Assembly (NCBI GenBank): GCA_051362555.1
Contig: CM120642.1
Coordinates: 14,942,001-15,006,000, forward strand
Length of the DNA: 64,000 nt
Direction: 5' to 3'
Origin: Lingula anatina
Taxonomy: Eukaryota; Animalia; Brachiopoda
A model generated the notes under the pieces. That model was not told where the DNA came from. It worked only from the letters and a program-made list of their open reading frames with translations, and searched no databases. Position numbers and translations under genes: made by a program. This document shows, piece after piece, positions 54,001 to 64,000 of the stretch. Position 1 is the stretch's first letter; the number at the start of each line of letters is the position of its first letter.

Positions 54001-57000
54001 GTTTTAACTCCATGCAAAATGATGTACAGTAACGTTATAATTTGTAAAAAGATTCGAAGACCTTTTCTACAAAATTTTATGATACATGTAACATCATTTT
54101 GTGGAGTTTTATCAGCGTGTTTATAACATTCTGGAAAAACATTATATAATGTTTTGAAAACATTTTTTATATAAATAACCAAAACACGTCTTATGCTGTT
54201 TGAACTACAGTTAGTGGTTATTTCCAAAATTGGCTTGGGGTTAGTCGGCGACTAGAGCGGTGCAAATATTCGGACTATCGGTACCGAAATAACCAGCATG
54301 TGATGAAAGCTTAAATAAAGTATTATAATGAATACCCCACCATCATCCTGATGTTCTATTGTTCATTACTTCCGGCAAAAAATAATAGATATCACTACCG
54401 TAACGCATTTTATCAAAATATGGAGAAAGGTGTTTTAAAGTAAAAATGATAGTTGTTTCGTTCCTTTAGTGAACTAGTGAATTTTCCTAACCTGTTTTTC
54501 AGCAATACATTCCAATAAACTACCTCGCAAGGTCAGATAACACAAGGATGAATAAGTACAGCTGTAAAGATGATAGTGGAAAGTCAACGATGTTGACAGT
54601 TCACGGTACCCTGTTATAGAAAGAGATAACTATAGCAGTTAAAGGTGACCGTGAGTTCGTCTGTGTGTGTGTGTGTGCGCGTGCTCGCGCGTGTGTGCGA
54701 CTAAAACCCTTAGCACCTAAAAGTTAAACAAATACACCCTACATTTATAAGCCGTCAAACGCGTCATACTGCTAAACACAAGCGTGTAGCATGTTAAGAA
54801 GCTAAACATGTTAGGAGCTAAACGCGTGGAAAAAGTGCGACAAAACAGGCGCTTAGAAATCTGTTTAGGAGCTAAACACTGATTTTACAGTGTAATCTTT
54901 GCAAACAAAGATACCAAAACATATCATTTTAAAGTTTTTAGCTTAAGCAGCACAGGGAACTTAAAATGGCTGAAAATAATAACATAATTGTCTGCATGTA
55001 GATGAAAATAAATTAAATAGTAATTGGTTTAACATAACTCACAGAATGAAAGACGCCTGCATGTTAGCTAAATCCGAAAGAATGCTCCATTCCACAAGTG
55101 ACGGTATGTGATATAACTTATAGCAAAGCAAGCATAATTTAAACCAAATTATTGTAAAGACGATTACTTACCATGTGAGGTGCGCTGATAGTGGCCCCAT
55201 GGCCCACTTGCTGTGGTTTGTCTAGATATGGATTGTTAGGACTAAAATGTCCACGTACAACTGATGCCATGGCTGATGCAACACGTGGTGTTTTTACTGT
55301 GCCTTTAACTGTAAAAGAATATGAGCTTCAGGTGAGTATACTCAGTGAATATACTAGTGAATGCCAACTATTCCGTTGTGTTATAAACATGATAATTGTG
55401 CGTCTTTTGGTTGTTCAGTGTTGACAACATTTGCAAAGCGGAAATGCTACTGGAAGTGTATTAGTAAAGTGTATAGTGTACCGTAGGTACTGGTAATAAA
55501 GTTAATCAGAAGCGCGTGCATCTATAGACATATTAGAAAAATTTAAATTGGAGGGTAGGCCTACACTCTACCAGCGTCGTAGATAAATAATGTGCACTTT
55601 TGTGTCATCAATTAGCCAGAGACTTATCTAGTGAAAAACCTTTACGGTTTTTCGGACCAATGAACCTTCGGACTATCGAGACGCCCCCATATAGATGGGG
55701 ACGCATGTAATGTGACAAGAGTAAGCGTACACCTACTAAAATTATAGCTTATCATCATCATCGCCATGCATTAAGTAAAATAGTGTGTTGGCCTACGTAT
55801 AGGTATACTATTACCTGCAGGACTTAAAATGTTTGACATAAGATCCACCTTGTGCGTACATATATATATTATAGAACAGGCAATATGTTTGATGTGCACA
55901 GCGCATCATGGCGACCCTCGGGATCACATGCGTTGAGCTTACCTTCGAGAGAACCCACCAATAATTTGTTCTTCCGTTTATCTTCATCAGAGGCTACAAT
56001 GAAAAACGAATAAATAAATGATTAAAGAGGTACAGGCTTTTAATAAGCGGTAAAATGAAATTTGTTAATTTGCTTTTTTATTTTTCTTTTGCAGCACCGG
56101 ACTCTTTTCGAAAAAAAAAAAAAAGTACAATGAGCTTGGCGTTATTCTGTTTTTTTTTCTCTATAAATAAAGGTAGGGGAAATAATAGTGATATAAATAC
56201 TTAAACTTTTTGAAGTCATGTTCTGTAAAATATAATATCGTTGACATAGATAGACATATTTATTTCCATAATATGAAAAATATTAACAGATGTTTGTTAT
56301 TTAGGTTAGATCAATATATGTATGTATATATATTCCTATTTTGCCCGAATCGACCCTGTTTTACGAATACTGCATCTAGACATAACTACAATTTTTTTGT
56401 CATGAACTTACCTTCCGTATTTGTTAAGTCAATCAAGGAAGCAGGTGCTGAGGAATCAGGTGGTTGGTCCGTTTCTAGTTCTTCCTCTGTTAGTAACCTG
56501 CCAAAGCCTTCAATTATCCTATTCCTATCGGCACCGGCTTTCGCACCTGCTTTGAAGACCAGCTTTTGTAAATTTGGCAGGCCATCTACTTTGACGTCTC
56601 GAAGGTGGATAAGACGTTCCTGACACTGAGTCTTCATGCTGGAAATTTCTGCTGGGTTTCCATACTTGACCAAATTCACTGCGTATTTGGTAGTGCTTTC
56701 CATGGCTGCCAGAGTGAGTTGGAGACCCTCTTTGTATGCCTGTAGCTGCTTTCGATTTTGGGCTTTACCGTTTTCTACCTTGTCCAACAATTGCTTCTCT
56801 AGGGAGTTGATGATAGCGTGTAGCATTGCAGACTGATCTTTGATTTCAGATGAAACTTTGTCGGAGTAATCATCGGCGCTTTCCTGCAGTTGGTCCACAT
56901 TTTGCAGTGTTCCTTGAACTGAATCCATTTTCGTACTGACGCCAGGAATCAGCCCTTCGATTTCTGCTTTAAACTCTGTGACAAGATCTTCAAGTTGGCC

Positions 57001-57603
57001 ACATTCGTGGTTTATATGATCGAGCAGACGGCAGTTCACGCAGATTGCCTTATCACAGGACTTGCAGAAGAATTTGACCTGTTCTTTTGGATGAGCTGCA
57101 CACAAAACACGACAGTGGGAACGAACGGTATTTTGCCCTTTCTCGCTCTTCAAGTCATCCATTGTGACAATCCCATGCTCTTTCGTTGCTTTGGAACGCT
57201 GGTGTACCCTTGCACAGCGTTCACAAATAAATTCTTCACAATCAAGGCATTTTGCATAGGCCGGTACTTCTGTGCCATCTTCCAAACAGTACTCACAGAC
57301 AGTCGCCTTTTGTGAAAAACTTTTCTGTTCCTTTAGCAGACTACCTAGGCCGAGAAGGAGAAAATTAGTCTTCAGCCCTTCTAGGCCAGAGCTAGGGATG
57401 GTGGTTTCCGTGCGACACAAAGGGCACTGAAGGATGCCTGTAGATGCCCCTCGTGCTCGTGGTGTCTTCTTTGCCGTGTTCTGCAAACACTCTAGGCAGA
57501 AAGAGTGAAGACACGACAGTGATTTCGGATCACTAAAGATTTCTAAGCATATTGTGCATGTTAAAAAGTCGTCAGTGATAGTCTTTGACAGTACACCGGC
57601 CAT
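51023..57603 (-). CDS. ~614-aa TRIM (RING-Bbox1-Bbox2-coiled coil) fused to a protein-L-isoaspartate O-methyltransferase (PCMT/PIMT) domain; exons 57603-56412, 55993-55943, 55308-55172, 52559-52455, 51775-51563, 51169-51023
   Basis: Exon 1 encodes a C3HC4 RING, two B-boxes and a coiled coil, ending GAAG|GTAAGT (phase 1). A 51-nt phase-1/phase-1 exon reads SDEDKRKNKLLVGSLE. The remaining exons give PIMT motifs: NPYLDKPQQVGHGATISAPHM|H, LDVGMGSGYLTAC, GID, GPYDVIHVGGAAP, QLKVGGCLVMPVG, VIYQQL*. 1845 nt, no internal stops. Domain identities are high confidence; the fusion is inferred from splice phases. Confidence 0.8.
52008..52247. mobile_element. MITE family B copy in TRIM-PIMT intron 4
   Basis: Termini CAGTGGCGGATTT / GGATCCGCCCCTG; internal similarity to the 24766 copy. 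Confidence 0.75.
52847..54892. mobile_element. ~2.05-kb non-autonomous CACTA/EnSpm-type DNA transposon in TRIM-PIMT intron 3
   Basis: TIRs CACTGTAAAAATAGTGCTTAGC / GCTAAACACTGATTTTACAGTG; TA on both flanks; many subterminal GCTAA(G/A)CAC repeats. Confidence 0.8.
53156..53280. mobile_element. 125-bp MITE with a 9-bp TSD, nested in the CACTA element
   Basis: TIRs TACCCTCTATCAAGG / CCCTGGTAGAGGGTA; GCTGAACAA at 53147-53155 and 53281-53289. Confidence 0.85.
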
Positions 57604-58614
57604 TTTGTTCGAACTTTCGCTTTGTAGCGTAGCTTCCTGTCTGTGAAGGCTGCACGTGACTGTTTACATTAGGTCACATAAGATAGGATACGCTGTTGTG
57701 GTGAATCGAAGCATTGGCCTATTTACTAGCAGATAGTTCTGTCAGTTTTATGTTATCCCCTGTTTATAATGGCGTGTCTGTAAACATTCCCTATTAACAG
57801 GCGTATTATGTTCACCTGTTTCAATGGTATTTATTTATTTATTGCTCTGTCCCCAACATCGATTTTTTTTAGCAAAAGGCCCTTGTATAACTGATTTAGT
57901 GCCATTGTTTACGGCGCCTCTTCCCTTGGCCTGCTCTAGCAATACCCTGAAATGTGTAGGTTCCTCAGTAGCAGGAAAGTTTTTCTACACATTAGAAAAC
58001 TTCCATCACCCACCCTCCCACTTTTTGCATCTCCTTTAATTCGTTACTAGTATATCATGGAATATGCTTCACCTACGTTGCAAGATATTGTGTGCGTTAC
58101 TCTGTTAAAACTAACGTTATTAATAAACATATAAAGAGCTGCCTCTTTTAAAAGGGAAATTCTGCAATGGTTTCTGCCTGTTAACTTTGGTTTAGTGATT
58201 TACACGGCGAGCAGACGGCAGATTATGATTGGTGGCTTCTTCAAGACTGAAAACAAGTCTCTATAAAACGAAAGACAGGGCGGAACATGGCATTTAACTT
58301 GCAAGTCAGAGGATAGCCAGCTGGCCTTACTTCGCATACAAGTACAGGAGTTCATTGTTAAAATAGAACTAAATAAATAAACAATGTGGGATGTCAACAT
58401 CATTATAATTTTTAATCACCGATCTAGAACTGTATCAGTAGCATATTACATCATTTATCTTCGTACGCTAATTAAATTCTTAAAATTGTGTAGAATGATT
58501 TAATCAACGGGATAATATCTAAAACGACTTAAAGACGTCCCTTGACTGCATTTATTTAACTTATTATTATAAATTGATTTAACATGTTAAAAAAATAAAC
58601 ACTCTATTTCCATC

Positions 58615-59803
58615 TTAATATATAAAAGTGTCTGTTTGGCGTCTTTTTCTGCGTTTAAAATTCAAGTCTTTGGATTCTATACAGTGACCCTTGTTAAACC
58701 AGTTGGCCAGCGTCCCTGCCTGGAACCACGTGACTGGCTCACTGGGGTCGTTTAACTTGGCACAGAGGTCGCAGTACGCCTTCAGTCGGTTCCCTGTGGT
58801 GTACTGATTCTTCCACTCTAAATATTGAACATAAGCCGTCACATTTTTGTCCAAATATTTCAGATAGGCTGCTAAATCTTTTGGAGATTTAAAATCGTTC
58901 GTATTGATATGCCATTCGGGTTTTATTCCAACCCTGGAATAATTGGCCGGACCTCTCGTAACCGTCACTATGTCTCGATCCAACATTTTCCAAAATTTCT
59001 CTGTGACCTAATCCGTTGAAATACTATTCTCAAAGGACAGGTAAAACTTGTAGTTCGTATTAATGTTCTCCAGACATCTTTCGTTGTCCCGTTTGGAACA
59101 TTTTAACGGACCACACCCACCGTACACGTCAACGGGGATGTGCTTCTTTAACTCTGCGACGTACCTCTCTCAATTACTCTTAGTGTGACAGTTACTGACC
59201 ACCCAAGCCACTAACTTCGTCTTCTTCAGTGCTATTGTCGTGAAATTCTTGACAAGGGGTTTTTCCCGCTCCACAACATACTGATACGATGTAAAAATTG
59301 TGGAATCTCGCCGAAATGTCATCGTCCAATTAAACATTCCCGCCCAAGCACCACTGGCCTCGCCGGAGTAACATGAGCTCTCGTGCGTCACCCACACCCA
59401 GCGCTGGTGAGGCAGTTTTTTAGGTTTCCTTCCCAAACTTCTGGCTATAAAAACAATAGCGTCGCTTTTATGAGCCAAAGACTTATCCTCAGTGTAGATA
59501 CAGTTGTCTATTTTACAGTCAAGGGATTTAAAGACCGGCTTGGCGTAGTCCCTGAGGTGCATGTAGTCCCATCCGGGCCCTGGGGTCCAGGACAAGATCA
59601 GCTTAGGCTTGCCGGGCGGCCCACGGGTTACCTTCGTATCAGAATACGTAGTGGTTTCGCTTTCCTTTGTCACAACTTTTGCTGTAGTAACTGGGTAACG
59701 CATAGGTATCTGCTTCAAAGAGTAGATATCCGACAGTTTTATAAGAATGAATAATGTGGATATCGCAAAAAAGATTGTTCTGCATAGTTTTCCGGCACTG
59801 CAT
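58615..59803 (-). pseudogene. Single-exon alpha-1,3-fucosyltransferase (GT10) pseudogene
   Basis: Type II TM (TIFFAISTLFILIKL), HQRWVWVTHES, FNWTMTFRRDS, AWVVSNC, VDVYGGCG, YKFYLSFENS..D*VTEKFW. In-frame TGA at 59172-59170, TAG at 59010-59008, and an apparent +1 frameshift just after the ATG at 59803. Confidence 0.88.
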
Positions 59804-60509
59804 GAGTCGTTTTTTTATACTTCGTGAGGATACTTTCCCAATAGCTTGTTCCTCCATAGCGATATTGTTAGCTTTCTTCAACGCTTGATTTATAACTTGT
59901 GCAGCACTGAACGCCAGGAGACACCTGAAATATATAATACAAGGTTATAATATACAGGTAGGCCTCCAAATGCACACAATGTCACAGGATGAGTATCGCT
60001 TTGGTTACAGACATATACACCGTAGTTTAGGAAAGATATAGTGTAAATAGGACGAGATAATGGATAGCTAACGAGGGCGCCCGTAGAACATACAATATTT
60101 TTATATAAAATTAGAGTTATCATCATTTTCGTCCTACTTGTCTACAGTTGTTTTTGATAATTTGCTGTACAATGTCAGTTGGTGGCGTTAAGTCCGTAAA
60201 GTCCGTAAACTTTCAGCGTTATATTATCAGGTAAAAAGGTCTTTAATTGTCACAGTGCTCCATACCGCCACCAACCTTTAGTATTTTACTTACAAAGCGG
60301 TAAAATATGCCCAGTTTTATGGCTTGTCTAAATTTACAAAATTTGTTCCAAATCAAGTTCTACCCTTCTTCCCTCCCGGGAAGAAAGAAACTGGTCTCAG
60401 GCGTTTGGGACCAAGGTCTTTATTGGAAACAGAAAGAGGGGTAGCAATTTTGCACTTATTCTTAGCAATCGGTGTTCCTGTTCTGTTCAGCCACATACGG
60501 CTCGAGTCA

Positions 60510-60511
<2 letters not shown>

Positions 60512-60557
<46 letters not shown>
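60512..60557. repeat. Poly-T tract (46 nt)
   Basis: Seen directly in the sequence. Confidence 0.9.
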
Positions 60558-60560
<3 letters not shown>

Positions 60561-61262
60561 CGTGCAGCGTTTTTATCCTCAAAAATGCATCATTGCAAGT
60601 AGTGATTCCGTAACAGTAAAAGCGTGGTCAATAAAGGGTACCGGAGAAGATCAGCATTGGTCAGAATTGTGCCGTAAGTGACGTGTAGTGGTGTAAGACG
60701 TAAAGCTGAGTGGTCATTTTTAGCTGGAGGTAAACGGGAGAGAAGACATGGACTCGGAGAAAAAAGCAGTTTTTCAAACAACATGGTAAGATGACATTTC
60801 TTCTTTACGCATTTTGGGCAGAGAATACTTGTAGAAATAATAGGCACATGATATGAAAACGTGACACGGAACTTGAAGGTGCAAAATGGTGGTTAATTTG
60901 CAGACAACTTGTTTTGAAATACATGCTGCATCGACCGCCAGCGCGACAAAGAGCGCAAAAGGAAAGGAATTCCCGGGAGGCTATAAATCGTTGTCATTTA
61001 GAATTTTGACATTTATATAATCTGATATATCCATATCTAAGTATTTTTGGACGTTTTATGGTATTTGCTGCAATTATAATGATGTTTTCGAGTTCTTTAA
61101 GGACCTTGTGAAAACCAGGAAGTAGTTCGTAACTAACAACTGAACCGTACCGATCTACGACTACTGTGCAAAGATGTATCTTTTTTTTTAATAATGTGAC
61201 GAATTGTTAGATCTTTATATGTCCATCTGACATGAAATTCCACACAAATGACCACACCAATA

Positions 61263-61358
61263 CAGGGGCGGACAGAACAAATTTAATACCCGTCAATGTA
61301 AACTTGAAAATCTGACCGTGTTCCGGAAGACCAAGAAGACGGCCTAAATCCGCCCCTG
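61263..61358. mobile_element. Short MITE with CAGGGGCGGA TIRs (family B-type termini)
   Basis: CAGGGGCGGA ... TCCGCCCCTG perfect 10-bp inverted termini. Confidence 0.7.
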
Positions 61359-64000
61359 ACTGCAGCTCTTGGCTTCTCGGTCTTCTCAACTAAAACAATA
61401 TACGTATTGAGGCATGATCTACATGTATTTGGCTTTTACTATACATGTTTGAGACTAGATTCATTGCCGTTCAAATATATTTTCAGACCTGTTACAGGAA
61501 GGAAGCAAATTTGAAATGGGAAGGCAGCTATTTTGAAAAATGAAAAAAAGGGAGAATTCCCCTGTCCTCCCTCTCTCCAGCTGTCTGTCCCAACGACAGT
61601 TGAAAGGGTGGGGGGTAACAACGCCTATGTACGTGTATGTACATGTATTACTGATCTTGAAATGTGATATATTGTTTCTAACGTCGCGTAAATTTTCACA
61701 ACTCGAGAGAATGAATATTGGTGAGTACAAGGATTTTTACTGGCGTAAGTAAAAAAAAATTCATTTGATCTTTTTGAGACAAAACCCCTCGGCAATTCCT
61801 CTACAATACTGTGTGGATGTTGACAGAGCTGTGTGGTACTGTGTGGTAAAATGCTACCACTGGAGTCGGAAATGCTCTGTCAGGGTTTGACCCAAATATT
61901 CCCGGCAGGGATGACTGAGATGCAAAGTGAACGGAGCTGTTTTAAAATGAGAGTAAGCTACGAATATTTACTATTAAAATTTGAATTTGTTGGAATTCTC
62001 GACATTAGTCGCCGTGTAATGATAATCTCTTTCATTAATGCTTATATTGTTTTGATACCTCAGGACAATGTACGCAGGTAAAATGTACGCGTTTTATTTG
62101 CAGATTTCTCAAAGTCATAGTTTTATACCCTTATTCAGACTTTCAAAACTGTAAGTCCCTTAAATCAGAGAACCTGATGCTGATACATGTATTTTATTTT
62201 TAAATGAACAGGAGGACATAGCTGTTTTATTATTATATGATTGGTCCCTCATTAAGAACTAAATTATTTAATCAGATATAGTATTTAAAAAATGAACCCA
62301 AGTTTAGGCACGAATCGAGCAATGCTTTGTGAATGGGAGAAAATTGCTTTTTTCAAGGAAGATTCGATCGTGCGTGAAGATCCAGGATAATATAATAGGA
62401 TAATAACAATATATATGCACATAACGGCAACCTAAGCTAAGTGTGACAAAACCAGAAATTTACAGTTTGGCGTTTTATCCTCAGGGTAAGGGGGAGGGGA
62501 ATCTAATGAATAGTTTTCCTTATAGGTATGGTTCAGGGGGTATGAAGTTAGAAGTGGGAAAGTATGCTTAATACAGTGTAGTTGCATGGTTTATAAGGTC
62601 TGCAGATAAAGTAGCCTTGAAATATCAAGCAACAGACGGTATCCTCTCATTTCAATCCAAATTGTAATACTATGTTATCTAAGGGGTCGGGAACACATGG
62701 ATTAAAGTATTCAGTTTTCGGACCTAATCTCACGACCTGTGACAGTTAGCACAAAAGGTCAACCTGGCAACCCCAGAACGTCTAGATATGTTGTGGAAAA
62801 GGTGGCTGTGATATCAGAATTTAAAAACCAGCAAGGAGCAGCGGCGTGCACCATTTAGAAAATCTGTCTCGAGCATCTCTATGCAGTTAACATATAAGTT
62901 AAAAAATAAGGTCTTGACGTTTATTTTGGACTATCGGCTTACATGAAAAGCACATGTAACTTATTGATACCAGCTTGCTGACAGGAAGGAGAAAATTAAA
63001 TGCGACTAAGATCTGGAACAAAAAAGCCAGGCTGTTACTTGCAGATCCCTGGGTTTGGAGACTACTGGTTCTAAAAAAGGGTCATTCGTCGACAGATATT
63101 TTAGTAGTGAAAGGGTCTCACTCACGCAAATCTAGCTAGAAATATGTGGACAAACTACTGGCGATAGCAGTGAAAGGCAGATAGACTTAAAGGCTGATAG
63201 GACAGACGGGGCCAAGGAGAAGTGGGGCACTCTTGACTTTTGCAGGCTGCCGAGTGCCGCCACAAGAGCATCAATTGCAAGTTCTTGGGGAGACGGACGT
63301 GAAAATATTCAGGCGATAACTAGGTCGTACGAACGCAATAAGGAGTATTCATAAGGATAGAGCCATTATTTTTAAAGAGCAAGTATTGCATACAAGTATC
63401 AACCTTAATTTGTTATCGAATTCCTGTGTCCTTGAAACATCGTTTGGTTGTTTTTTAACACAAAGCAGAAATAATTGTCTCATTTCTCGAAACTTCAGAG
63501 TATTAAAAGGAAGTTTATAACACAATAGTAGAAATGCAATTAAGACGATTGAGATCTTTAAGTTAAATCCCTAGTTAGGCTGTTCCTTATACACTGTGGT
63601 ATTATTTACAGCATTTACTATAGTATTCCACGATGACAAACACAACGAAAAGCAAAATTAGACCACAAAAGGAAACTGAGGAAAAACATGGACTACCCTA
63701 CAAGATTGCAAAAACAGTATACATGGATTCCTCCTGGATCTGTATGGTAGGTTCTTATCTGAAATTGAAATTCCACAGCTGGTTTAACCAACATCTGCTA
63801 ATATTACGTGAGATGTGCTTCTGTAACATTTATTTTTATAGATATGTATAATTTAGGTTTTTAATTGTGTAAAAAACTGAATAACTGGATTTTTCATAAA
63901 CACTATTTTAACAAATATGACGTAAAACAAATCTCGCCATTTGAAATGTCGACCCGAATAAATAATTAAGCTTTAATGTCCAAGCAGTGAATTGTCGTTG

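Noticed and set aside
56386-57603. Stand-alone intronless 405-aa TRIM gene, as given by the ORF track
   Set aside because: A consensus donor eight codons before the stop is in phase with the downstream PIMT exons, and the last residues (GKFMTKKL) are intron read-through. It remains possible as a minor isoform.
59008-59172. Selenocysteine or stop-codon readthrough recoding in the fucosyltransferase
   Set aside because: The two stops differ (TGA at an Arg, TAG at a Tyr) and there is also a frameshift; ordinary pseudogenisation explains this better.
60568-62170. Scattered + strand exon-like segments (60568-60673, ~61710-61720, 62064-62170)
   Set aside because: Splice-like signals are present, but no coherent, recognisable reading frame could be assembled.

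Overview
AT-rich, intron-containing animal genomic DNA, probably a marine invertebrate; the taxon cannot be assigned from the sequence. Gene models were built by hand from GT/AG splice sites with phase checks. From left to right the window holds: an unknown ~78-aa single-TM microprotein gene (-) head-to-head with a 13-exon CD36/SCARB2 (LIMP-2-like) gene (+); NXT1/p15 (+); a tandem cytosolic sulfotransferase cluster (4 intact genes plus 1 pseudogene fragment); a 17-exon membrane protein fusing an astacin metalloprotease-EGF-CUB-7xEGF to a ZP module (-); a 6-exon gene (-) in which a TRIM RING/B-box/B-box/coiled-coil exon splices in frame onto a complete protein-L-isoaspartate O-methyltransferase (PIMT/PCMT1) domain; and an alpha-1,3-fucosyltransferase pseudogene (-). 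Several MITE families and a nested CACTA-type element are also present. The strongest candidate for a new system is the TRIM-PIMT fusion, a putative 'repair-or-destroy' E3 ligase for isoaspartate-damaged proteins. The astacin-ZP fusion is second.
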